Source: an uncultured bacterium (GTDB lineage: Bacteria; Chloroflexota; UBA5177; JANWHV01). From it: DNA of 64,000 nt. The notes beneath the pieces were generated by a model, which was not told the origin of the DNA, did not search any database, and saw only the letters and a list, made by a program, of their open reading frames with translations. The stretch is taken from NCBI GenBank assembly GCA_963729625.1, contig CAVSOU010000010.1, positions 800,001 through 864,000 on the forward strand, in the 5' to 3' direction. The first letter of the stretch is position 1; every line of letters starts with the position of its first letter. Made by a program: the position numbers and the translations under genes. Shown here piece after piece: positions 29,741 to 38,821 of this stretch.

Positions 29741-30044
29741 GAGGTCCTCCGATCGCCTGGGCTCCAACACGACAGCCTGCTGTTGAACCAGCTCGGCCCC
29801 GGCAGCGAATGGCCGTTCTTGTCGCTCTCTGTTCAGGCATGGTATAGCGACGTTGAGGTGATGTCCATGAGCCGTTCGGAGCAGGCTACAAACTACAAGG
29901 CCCGACTCGGCTATGGCGCCATGATGCACCATGACGGGGCGGCACAAATCGGCGTACGTGAGAGTGTATCATCTGCCTAGGCACGAAAACCCGCACAGGG
30001 CTGTGTCCTGATGTGAAGCATGAGAGCAACAGAGGTAGCTTGCA

Positions 30045-31040
30045 ATGAAGGTACTGTTCATCGGCGGCACTGGCTTCATCAGTACCGCAGTCAGCCGCCA
30101 GATAGTGGACGCGGGCATCGACCTGACGTTGCTGCACAGAAGCCCGGACCCGGAGTCGATGCCCGGCGCCAGTCACCTCACGGCAGATATCGACCAGCCG
30201 GAAGCCGTCGACGCCGCCCTCCGAGACAGGCACTTCGACGTGGCAGTCGACTGGATAGCCTATACGCCGGACCACATCGAGCGCGACATAGCACTCTTCC
30301 GCGGTCGCGTCAGACAATATGTATTCATCAGTACGGCTGCCACCTACCAGAAACCACCCACAACCTACCGTTTGACTGAATCGACGCCATTGTGCAACCC
30401 GTATTGGACGTACGCGCGGAACAAGATAGCCTGTGAAACGCGCCTGATGCAGGCATATCGAGACGAGCAGTTTCCCGTCACCATTGTGCGTCCAAATCTG
30501 ACATACGGTCCGAACTTTCCCATAGCGATCGGCGGCTGGGGCTGCTACACGCTGGCCGATCGCCTGATGAAAGGTCAGCCGATTATTGTGCATGGGGACG
30601 GAACGTCATTGTTCGTCGTCACACGCTCCGAGGACTTCGCTCGGGGCTTCACAGGGCTCCTCGGGAATTATCTGGCGATTGGCCATGCCTTCCATATCAC
30701 ATCTGACGAAGTGCTGACCTGGAACCAGATTTACAGCACGCTGGCCGACACACTTGGAGTGGAGGCCAACATCGTGCATATCCCGTCGGATTTCATTGCT
30801 CGCATTGCGCCGGATCTCGGTGCGGGCCTGCTCGGAGACAAGTGCTGGAGCGCGGTGTTCGACAACAGCAAGATACGGTCGTTTGTGCCAGGGTTCCAGG
30901 CGGTCATTCCTTACCGAGAAGGCATACGCAGGACGCTGGCCTGGTTCGCTGCCGACCCGCGGCGTCAGCGCGTGGATGCGAAGGTGAACGCGGAGATGGA
31001 CAGTATTCTTGCCGCCTACGGCCAGGCTCGATCGACCTAG
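30045..31040 (+). CDS. NAD-dependent epimerase/dehydratase family protein (atypical SDR)
   Basis: LFIGGTGFIS, YARNK, VHGDGTS. Confidence 0.88.
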   Translation: MKVLFIGGTGFISTAVSRQIVDAGIDLTLLHRSPDPESMPGASHLTADIDQPEAVDAALRDRHFDVAVDWIAYTPDHIERDIALFRGRVRQYVFISTAATYQKPPTTYRLTESTPLCNPYWTYARNKIACETRLMQAYRDEQFPVTIVRPNLTYGPNFPIAIGGWGCYTLADRLMKGQPIIVHGDGTSLFVVTRSEDFARGFTGLLGNYLAIGHAFHITSDEVLTWNQIYSTLADTLGVEANIVHIPSDFIARIAPDLGAGLLGDKCWSAVFDNSKIRSFVPGFQAVIPYREGIRRTLAWFAADPRRQRVDAKVNAEMDSILAAYGQARST

Positions 31041-31086
31041 ACCGCGGACCGGCGTGAATGCTGAGACGAGTAGCCTCTCCTGCAGG

Positions 31087-33228
31087 TTACGGCGCAAGTA
31101 GCTCGCCCATGGTCCGCAACTCCAGCTCGCCGATCGCGGGCACGCCATGCTTGGCCGCGGCTCTCACCTTGCTGCCGCCTGGCGTGACTCCGGCCACGAG
31201 GTAACTGGTATGGCTGCTCACGGCACTGGCGACAGTGCCTCCGCGAGAGCGAATCCATGCCTCGACGTCCTCGCGGCTACCCATCTCCAGGGAGCCGGTC
31301 ACGACGAAGGTCCTTCCGGATAGAGGGCCATCGGCGGCCTGAGAAATGCTCTCTCGCTCGCCCTGCACGCCAAGCTCCGGCATCCGGCGAATCCACGCGG
31401 AGTTCTCGGCAAGATACGTCGAGAACGCGCCGGCGGTCGCTTGCCCGATGCCATGCAGGGCAGTCAGTTCTGCCTGCAGAGCTTCGAGAGACTCCCCGGC
31501 TCGCTCAAGCAAGTCGGCCAGGCCGAAATGTTGGGCAATGGTCCGGCATTCGGGGTAGCCAACCCCCGGCGCTCCAAGCGCGTGCAACACGGTGCTGAAC
31601 GGCTTGGCCCGTGACAGTGCGATAGCCGTGGCAAGCTTTGCAGCCCTGACGGCGCCGTAGAGCTGCCCGTTCGCCAGCGGCAGGGATGCCAGCTGGTCCG
31701 GCGTGAGACGATAGAGGTCCACGGGAGAACGGACAAGGCCGCCGCTGACCAGCGACTCGATAACTTCCTTGCCCAGACCTTCGATGTCCATGTTGTCGCG
31801 CGCCGCAAAGTAGTCCAATGTCTTGCGCAGCTTTGGCGGGCAGGCAGCGTTGCGACATTCGAGCACCTTCCCGTTACGGAGGACCAGCGGAGTGCCACAG
31901 CTTGGGCACTGGTCTGGCACGGACAAATTGGGATCGCGCTCCTGGCCGAGCGCAAGGCGAAGCACTTTGGGTATGACGTCTCCGGCGCGGGTGACGACGA
32001 TGCGCGAGCCAGAGGCTGCACCCAGTGCGCGATAGAACTCTGCATGATGCGCGGTATAGTGGGTCACCTGCGCGCCGTCCATATCGAGCGCATCGCAGAT
32101 CAGCACAGGGGTTACCTGGCCCGTGCGTCCGACTTGCCACTGTACGTCGCGCACGGTCGTCTCGTACTCCGCGCCAAGGCGCTTGTACGCGATCGCCCAG
32201 CGTGGAGTCTTCTCCGAGGCGCCAAGCCGGCGCTGCCAATCTCGCCTGGCGACCTTGAGTACGATCCCGTCAACCGCGAAGTCGGCGCCGGCCAAGCTGT
32301 CAAGCAGATTGGCAATAGCGCTACCCATTTCTGTCGTCGGCTCGTCAAACGTCTCATCCGGGGCAGGTCCCTGGGATGCCACGCGGTACTCGGGCACGGT
32401 GAATCCCCAGTCAACCAGTGCCGCATCAACGTCAGGCTGTTTAGGCAAACGATCAATAAGCTCCCAGCCTTCGATGCTATAGGCCAGGAACGTGATGCCG
32501 TGGGCGTGCGCCCGGTTTGCGCCGCCCGAAGTCAGCGATTGCTGTCCGCTTTTCCGGCGCAGATCGCCGGCAGCTGTGTTCCGCGCCGTGGCAATATCTT
32601 CTCCCACGGCCTGCAAGGCGGCAAACCGTGAGAGCGGCAAGTATGCCTCTCCTCGAACATGTACGGTCCCGCTCGTTTCAGGAATCTCCGTGGGGACACC
32701 CGGCAGGCCGCGCACGTTGTGCGTGACGTCCTCCCCGATTCTGCCGTTGCCTCGCGTCAGGGCCCGCGTCAGCCGCCCGCCGGTGTACTGCAGAACAAGC
32801 GTGAGGCCGTCGATCTTCGGCTCGATCGTCAGCTCAAGTGCGTCTGGTCCGCCGGGGACGGCCAGCGTTCGGGCCACGGATTCTTTAAAACGGTATATCT
32901 CGTCGGCCGAATACGCTTTCTGCAGTGAGAGGGTCGGGTACACATGGGGAACGGCGACGAGCTCATTGCTCACCTCGCCAAGCACCTGGTGCGTCTGCCC
33001 AGTTACCCGCTTTGCGAGCACAGCAAGTCGATCGTAGCTAGCGTCGTCGATGATCGGTGCATCCTCGTCATAGTAGGCTGTATCCGCTGCGCTCAAGAGC
33101 TCGTCAATCTCTATGGGCTCCGCGGGCGCGCCGCTCAGGATTGCCGCTACCCGAGTTGCAACGCGGTCGTTCTCGGAACTCACGAATGTTGCCTCCCCGG
33201 CAATACCGGTCAGATCAATCTCTGCCAA
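31087..33228 (-). CDS. ligA: NAD-dependent DNA ligase
   Basis: YY..D..I.D..YD, EPKIDGL, TRGNG, DGIVLK, PRWAIAYK, QVGRTG, RAGDVIP, C4 zinc finger, HhH, BRCT. Confidence 0.93.
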   Translation of the reverse strand: MAEIDLTGIAGEATFVSSENDRVATRVAAILSGAPAEPIEIDELLSAADTAYYDEDAPIIDDASYDRLAVLAKRVTGQTHQVLGEVSNELVAVPHVYPTLSLQKAYSADEIYRFKESVARTLAVPGGPDALELTIEPKIDGLTLVLQYTGGRLTRALTRGNGRIGEDVTHNVRGLPGVPTEIPETSGTVHVRGEAYLPLSRFAALQAVGEDIATARNTAAGDLRRKSGQQSLTSGGANRAHAHGITFLAYSIEGWELIDRLPKQPDVDAALVDWGFTVPEYRVASQGPAPDETFDEPTTEMGSAIANLLDSLAGADFAVDGIVLKVARRDWQRRLGASEKTPRWAIAYKRLGAEYETTVRDVQWQVGRTGQVTPVLICDALDMDGAQVTHYTAHHAEFYRALGAASGSRIVVTRAGDVIPKVLRLALGQERDPNLSVPDQCPSCGTPLVLRNGKVLECRNAACPPKLRKTLDYFAARDNMDIEGLGKEVIESLVSGGLVRSPVDLYRLTPDQLASLPLANGQLYGAVRAAKLATAIALSRAKPFSTVLHALGAPGVGYPECRTIAQHFGLADLLERAGESLEALQAELTALHGIGQATAGAFSTYLAENSAWIRRMPELGVQGERESISQAADGPLSGRTFVVTGSLEMGSREDVEAWIRSRGGTVASAVSSHTSYLVAGVTPGGSKVRAAAKHGVPAIGELELRTMGELLAP

Positions 33229-33503
33229 TCACTCTTCAAGCGCAGAGCCCCTTCTGACGTGCGACCTTCGAGCACCCAACGTCTTCAATCGAAGCATATA
33301 GCGTGCGGCGATCGCTTGACGGCCCGCATGTGGAAAGCGCCGCACGCTCAGCATTGCCGCTCTATCGGCTAGCTCGGAAGGATTGTATGTCGGCGCCCAG
33401 CGCGGGAGCATTCACGCCAAATTGCCTCCGGTTTACAGGTAGCGTGCAGCATGGCATAAGGTTTTGAGGACCTCACCGCTTCCCTGCCTCGGAGCGTTCA
33501 TTC

Positions 33504-33701
33504 CTAGCGGTTCCACTGGAAGCGCGACGCTGCAACACTCCAGAGTAGCCATGCGCCGAACGTGACGACGACGGCCCCGCCGACAACCCACTCGCCATGC
33601 CCGGACATGCCTGATCCCTTGATGAGGTTGAAGCCCTGGAGAATCCAGACCAGGCCGACAAGCAACAGCAGTCCGCTAAACCCAAGCTTCAGCCAGTGCA
33701 T
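33504..33701 (-). CDS. Small two-TM membrane protein
   Basis: GLVWILQG...GSGMSG...W pattern; RBS AAAGGAG. Confidence 0.7.
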   Translation of the reverse strand: MHWLKLGFSGLLLLVGLVWILQGFNLIKGSGMSGHGEWVVGGAVVVTFGAWLLWSVAASRFQWNR

Positions 33702-34073
33702 CAGCAGCTCCTTTCATGACGTGGTGGATCAGGGCAGGCCGCGACGGACGCCACGATAGGCTCCGCCAGGCCGCCCGGCAGCCCCAGCTGGCCCAGGACT
33801 CCGCCCAAAATAGTACTACGTGCCCAGTTTCATGCCGGATGTTCGGAATCGCCCCATGCGGGCGCTGAACTCGACCACAAATGGGGGAGCCAGGATATCC
33901 TATCGGCATTCTATTCCCCAAAGAAAGAAATTGATCTATTGTGGAGCCAGCTTCCACACGAGTGCACGCGTGGTGGAAGGGGTTGGACATCGCGGCGGGC
34001 GTGATTAGCTACGCTGCGAGCGGCGAATGCTCGCGCGAAGTGTGAACGTTCGCACAGTGCACGGAGTATTGCA

Positions 34074-34301
34074 ATGAAGAAGAGATCTACGGCAATCGCC
34101 ACACTGGTGGCCGCGGCAAGCCTGGCCGGCGCGGCAACCGTCAGCGCGCACGCCTATCCCGCGCATGAAGCACACTTTGGCCAGATGACCCCTGTCAGCA
34201 AAGTGGCGAATGTGCGGCTGCACGCCCTTCTTTCGACCCATGGAACCGCCGAGCATACGGCAACGATTCGTACGAGTGGCTGGGGACTTGGCGCACACTA
34301 G
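34074..34301 (+). CDS. 75-aa secreted peptide ending TSGWGLGAH
   Basis: MKKR plus hydrophobic core plus AHA cleavage site; RBS GGAG; convergent with the TPR regulator. Confidence 0.7.
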   Translation: MKKRSTAIATLVAAASLAGAATVSAHAYPAHEAHFGQMTPVSKVANVRLHALLSTHGTAEHTATIRTSGWGLGAH

Positions 34302-34355
34302 CGAGCAACCCGAACACTCGCCGAGGCGTTTGCCGCGCCGCGAAACCTAGGGCTG

Positions 34356-37300
34356 TTAGGCTCGCCGGAATCCTGGAATACGCTCGATCAGCGAACCTGG
34401 CGGCGTGGCCCAGCCTCGTGCCCACTCGGCCTCGAACGCTTTGGGGCCGAGCAGCGCGCGCAGCTGCTGGAGGTCCGCCTGGTATTGGGGATGGTCCGCG
34501 GCGTGTACCGGTACACCCGTGCTCTCTCGCAGGGCAGCGGCGCACGCCAGGAGATGCCCGCAGAGCTTCAAAGCAGGCTTGTCGTGCGCTCCGACAACGT
34601 GGCTCAGCAGGACATGCGCCACGCCTTCCAGGGCGGTTGACATTTGAGGGCGATCTCCGAGGGCAACGGAGATACGCAGGCCGGCGACATAGAGGTCTGC
34701 CGCCCGCTCAAGCTGTCGCCGGTCGCGTGCAAGCTGAGCCATATTCAAGTAAGCAACGCTCAATCCCACCTGGTCGCCCGCTACCTGCCATATGGCGCAC
34801 GCCTCGGCCAAAGCAGTCTCAGCATCGTCGTAGCGCTGCATCCGGGTGTAGACCATACCGAGGTTCAGGAGGAAGATGGGAGTCTCCGGCTGATTGCCGT
34901 GCTGCCGTTTCAGGGCAAGCGCCTCGCTGAGCGATTCCACCGCACCCGCGTCGTCGCCGCGATCATAGCGTACCAACCCAAGATTCCCTGCTACGCGCGC
35001 GATTCCTTCCGCATCGCCCAATTCGCGAAAGAGCGCCAAGCTGGCCTCCATCAACCGCCCGGCCGCGTTCGAGTCGGCCTCCAGACGCGCCAGGAGTGCG
35101 CACCTGTTGAGCGCAGTAGCACGAAGCGCCTTGGGCGCGCGAGGGGCGGCGTCAAGTGCGCGGGCTGTCCAGCGCCGCCCCTCGCTGACCAGCCCCCGAG
35201 TCTGCCAGTAACGGCTGAGCGCGCTCGCCAGGCGGAGCGCCTCGGTGGCAGCTCCGGTGTTTCCCAATCCCCATGCAAGAGCGGCACGCACGTTTTCGAG
35301 CTCGGCATCCAGGCGGCGCAGAAGTGTTGCCTGGTCCGTGCTACCCCAGGCAGCGATTGTTGCTTCACAGAAGCTTGCGAACCAGGCTACGTGCCGCACG
35401 CGCAATGCTGCTTCTTGTTCGTCCTCGCCTAGCCTGGCGTGCCCGTATTCCCGCACCGTTTCCAGCATCCCGTAGCGCTCCTGCTCGCAGACTTCTCTTA
35501 CCGTGGCCAGCGATTTTGCCACGAGACCGCCAAGCGTATCCAGGATGCTTTCACGCGGGAGCTCGTCGTCCGCGCAGATACCTTCAGCCGCCGAGAGCGT
35601 CCAGCCGCCGGCAAATATGGTGAGTCGCCGTAGCAAGGCCCGCTCCTTGGACCCGAGGAGACTGTAGCTCCAATCCATCGCCGCACGCAGCGTCTGATGC
35701 CGCGGCAGAGCGATACGGCTGCCGCCGACCAGCAGGTGGAAGCGATCGTCCACGCGCGCGGCAAGCACGTCGAGCGACAGAAACGCCATGCGCGATGCCG
35801 CCAACTCGATCGCCAGTGGGATGCCTTCCAGCCGCCTGCAAATGTTCACCACTAACGGAGCCGTAGCTTCACTCAGAACGAAGCCGGGACGCGCCGCACG
35901 AGCACGCTCGACGAACAGGCGAATGCCGTCGAACGTCGAGAGACGCTCAAGCGTACAGCGAAGCCCGGGCTCCGGCAGTGACAGTGGCGGAACCGCCCAC
36001 GTCGCCTCTCCAGGCAGGCCGAGCACTTCCTGGCTGGTGACCAGTATCCTGACATCGGGGCAGCTTCGTAGGATATCCGTAACCAGGCGGGCCACGGAAT
36101 CGACAAGATGCTCGCAGTTGTCCAGAATAAGCAGCAGGCGACGCGGTCCGAGAAACGCGCAGATCGTAGCCTCAAGCTTGCAACCGGGGTCTTCTACAAG
36201 GCCGAGGGCGCTTGCCACGGCGGCGCTTACCGGTTCCGATCCGGCTGGAGCACTGTGCCGCTCGGCTTGCCGCGCCAGGCCGGCCAGCTCGCACAACCAT
36301 ACGCCGTCCGGATACGCCGTCAGCGCCAGTTCCGCGACCCGCAGTGCGAGACGCGTCTTGCCCGATCCGCCCGGCCCGCCCAACGTCACCAAGCGAGATT
36401 CCCTCAACAACCTGCGGACCGTGGCTTTTGCGTCCTGACGGCCGATGAAAGTACTGAGGCCACCGGGTAGATTCGTGTGCCGCCGCGAAGGCGCCGGCGA
36501 TCGGCGTGTTGCACGCGCTGCCTGTTGAGCCTGTAGCCGCTCAGCAAGGTCGGCAACTTCTTCGCCCGGCTCCAGTGCATACTGGTCGCGGAGCGTGTCG
36601 CGGAGCCGCTGAAAGACACGCAGCGCTTCTGTTTTCTCTCCGACGGCTGCCAGGAGTGTCATCTGCCTGCACGCTGCCTCTTCATGCGCGGGGTCGATGG
36701 CCAGGACCGCCGAGAGATGGCTTCGGGCCTCTGCGGTGTCACCCTCCTCCGCGCACAGACGAGCGTGATGAAGTAGCAAGGCGATCCGCAGGTCCGACAA
36801 CTCGTCGCGCCGGCGACTGGTCCAATCATCGTACAAGTCATCGGGCAAGTAATCGCCGCCATAGTGCGCGAGCGCCGCACGACACAAATCGGTGTCACGC
36901 CCAGCCAGGGCAGCCGCTGCCGCCACTTCAAATTCCTCCGCGTCGATCCGGATTGTGAGCCCGGCGGTAAGGGCAACGATCTCGCCGTGCGACTGGACTG
37001 CTGAAGCGCCCTGGGCCGGGTCCAGTGCATGGCGAATGCCGTGCGTCGCCCCGCGAAACCCCGACGCCGCCGACCTGGACGCCGCTACGGGCCAGAGCTC
37101 GTCGAGAGCCTGGTCGCGAAGGATCCTGTGACCTGGCGTGCTGATCAAGAGCTTGAACAGCGCCAACGACTTGCGCCGGAGCCAGGCCGATTCAGGTAGA
37201 AGCACGTCATCGCGCCATACTTCGAATCGACCCAGAGTAACGACGCGCACATGTGGTAGCGCTGTTGCCCGCGACGGCGGTCCGGCGCTCTTCTCAACGG

Positions 37301-37562
37301 CTGTCTGGGCCGCCTGTGGGGCAGTCTTGCCCAAATACCGCGTTCGCGTGCGGCCCGCCTCCCACCAGAAGGCATACCAGTACGGCCCATGGCCAGGTCC
37401 ATCCGCGCACCGGCGGCAGGCCGGCTTATGGCAGCGAGTGTACTTCTGCTGGTAACTATAGGTGCGGTCAGCGACGTCGACTCGTGGCACTGCTGGCGAC
37501 TGGTCGGTTACTTCTGGCTGCTGGTATTCGTCGTGTGGCGACATCGTCGCCCCCTGCGACAC
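34356..37562 (-). CDS. AfsR/SARP-like regulator: Cys/His finger (DUF6788-like), wHTH, BTAD, NB-ARC, TPR
   Basis: RCHKPACRRC...HGPYWY; BTAD (YGGDYL, DPAHEEA); GPGGSGKTRLA, LDNCEH, LEGIPLAIELAA; C-terminal TPRs. Confidence 0.9.
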   Translation of the reverse strand: MSQGATMSPHDEYQQPEVTDQSPAVPRVDVADRTYSYQQKYTRCHKPACRRCADGPGHGPYWYAFWWEAGRTRTRYLGKTAPQAAQTAVEKSAGPPSRATALPHVRVVTLGRFEVWRDDVLLPESAWLRRKSLALFKLLISTPGHRILRDQALDELWPVAASRSAASGFRGATHGIRHALDPAQGASAVQSHGEIVALTAGLTIRIDAEEFEVAAAAALAGRDTDLCRAALAHYGGDYLPDDLYDDWTSRRRDELSDLRIALLLHHARLCAEEGDTAEARSHLSAVLAIDPAHEEAACRQMTLLAAVGEKTEALRVFQRLRDTLRDQYALEPGEEVADLAERLQAQQAARATRRSPAPSRRHTNLPGGLSTFIGRQDAKATVRRLLRESRLVTLGGPGGSGKTRLALRVAELALTAYPDGVWLCELAGLARQAERHSAPAGSEPVSAAVASALGLVEDPGCKLEATICAFLGPRRLLLILDNCEHLVDSVARLVTDILRSCPDVRILVTSQEVLGLPGEATWAVPPLSLPEPGLRCTLERLSTFDGIRLFVERARAARPGFVLSEATAPLVVNICRRLEGIPLAIELAASRMAFLSLDVLAARVDDRFHLLVGGSRIALPRHQTLRAAMDWSYSLLGSKERALLRRLTIFAGGWTLSAAEGICADDELPRESILDTLGGLVAKSLATVREVCEQERYGMLETVREYGHARLGEDEQEAALRVRHVAWFASFCEATIAAWGSTDQATLLRRLDAELENVRAALAWGLGNTGAATEALRLASALSRYWQTRGLVSEGRRWTARALDAAPRAPKALRATALNRCALLARLEADSNAAGRLMEASLALFRELGDAEGIARVAGNLGLVRYDRGDDAGAVESLSEALALKRQHGNQPETPIFLLNLGMVYTRMQRYDDAETALAEACAIWQVAGDQVGLSVAYLNMAQLARDRRQLERAADLYVAGLRISVALGDRPQMSTALEGVAHVLLSHVVGAHDKPALKLCGHLLACAAALRESTGVPVHAADHPQYQADLQQLRALLGPKAFEAEWARGWATPPGSLIERIPGFRRA

Positions 37563-37578
37563 AGGCTATGGTTGGGCC

Positions 37579-37740
37579 ATCTTCTCTAAGCGCTCGCCGG
37601 TCTTCCCAGTTACTATACACCGCGTGGCACGCCTATCCACAGCCGGTCGCGGAACATTCGCCGTGCCGGCAGCGCGTGGCCTGTCGCCACTTCTGTGAAT
37701 CTGCTCGGTCTTCGCTAAGTTCTGGTGCGTCTTCCCTAAG
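37579..37740. promoter_or_regulatory. Three TCTTCNCTAAG direct repeats in the divergent promoter region
   Basis: Copies at 37580-37590, 37709-37719 and 37730-37740; last two 21 bp apart. Confidence 0.5.
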
Positions 37741-37873
37741 GATCCGAACGGGCCCCCCCAATCATCCCCTGTCCGGCTCTGCACGCCGGCGTAACATGCG
37801 GGCCCTACAGTACGTAGTGGCGCTGCATTGCAGATGCACAGAGCACTTGAGTACTAGGGGAAGGGAGCCACGG

Positions 37874-37990
37874 ATGAATATCGTCAACGCTCACGAATGG
37901 CACAAGAACGTTCTGGTCCGGCTGATGCTGGTTCTCGCGTCACTGCTCACGCTCGTCATGGCATCCGGCGCCGGCTGCGGTTGGTGGTAG
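37874..37990 (+). CDS. 38-aa hydrophobic peptide ending ASGAGCGWW (candidate signal precursor)
   Basis: MNIVNAHEWHKNVLVRLMLVLASLLTLVMASGAGCGWW; strong RBS GGGAAGGGAG 6 nt upstream. Confidence 0.8.
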   Translation: MNIVNAHEWHKNVLVRLMLVLASLLTLVMASGAGCGWW

Positions 37991-38193
37991 AAAGTGGCTT
38001 GATAGCGTGCCGTCGCCCGCAGGGCGGTACAGTTTCGCCCGCGGCACGGCCTGCAATTGGCCTTAAGTCGCCCTGGGACAGGATCTCGGGGGGACGGGGC
38101 CGGCACTCGACTCCTGTGAGTGGCGGTCTCGTCCCACCGGTGCAGGCTGTCGATTCCACGCCAGGCTCTAGCTGACGAAGCGGGTACGCGTAC

Positions 38194-38805
38194 ATGTTGC
38201 TCGTCGTTCCGGCTTTGGTTGCCATCATTCTTGCCGCGGTACGGGGCGGGTCCGCCCGGAATCTGGCCAGCCTGCCCGTTCGCGGCGCCTGGATGATATT
38301 GGTGTCGTTTGCGGTCCAGGCTATCCTCTACTTCTCCGTGCTGCGTGCTTCCGGGCTCGTGCTACGGGCTGGTCCTGCTATCTACGTGGCGATTCTCGGT
38401 CTGGTGATCATTGGCGTCTCAAGAAACTGGCGCCTGGGCCCTGGGGCCCAAATGGTGCTTCTCGGCCTTGTACTCAACACGACAGTGATCGTTGCTAACG
38501 CCGGGCACATGCCGGCCGACGCCGTGGCGCTTCGTTCAGTGCAGCGGTCGGCGATGGTTACCGACATCCAGCACGGCATGTACTACAATAGGCAGCTCGT
38601 GACTGCTTCCAGCCGACTAACCATCCTCGCTGATCGATTCCCGGTGAAGCTCCCGTTCGCGCCCGGCTACGTCTACAGCATTGGTGACGCATTCGTTGCC
38701 GTCGGCGCCGCTCTACTCGCGTACAAGGGAACGCGACGCCCGTCGCGTAGCGCCTCGGCTGTGAGTGGTCGGAAGGGCACGGCGGCGCGTTGCGCCGTCG
38801 CCTGA
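38194..38805 (+). CDS. DUF5317-like integral membrane protein
   Basis: RGG..NL..L..RG; GLVLN..VIVAN.GHMP; L..LADRF; YSIGD. Confidence 0.8.
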   Translation: MLLVVPALVAIILAAVRGGSARNLASLPVRGAWMILVSFAVQAILYFSVLRASGLVLRAGPAIYVAILGLVIIGVSRNWRLGPGAQMVLLGLVLNTTVIVANAGHMPADAVALRSVQRSAMVTDIQHGMYYNRQLVTASSRLTILADRFPVKLPFAPGYVYSIGDAFVAVGAALLAYKGTRRPSRSASAVSGRKGTAARCAVA

Positions 38806-38821
38806 CACTGGCAAGAAAGGC

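Noticed and set aside
37253-37990. 245-aa ORF as a real protein
   Set aside because: Overlaps the SARP gene antisense; only the last 38 codons follow an RBS and look protein-like
37874-38193. Trp attenuator leader (tandem TGG TGG followed by GC-rich stems)
   Set aside because: Downstream gene is unrelated to Trp metabolism, there is no U-tract terminator, and the peptide has a full TM helix unlike TrpL leaders
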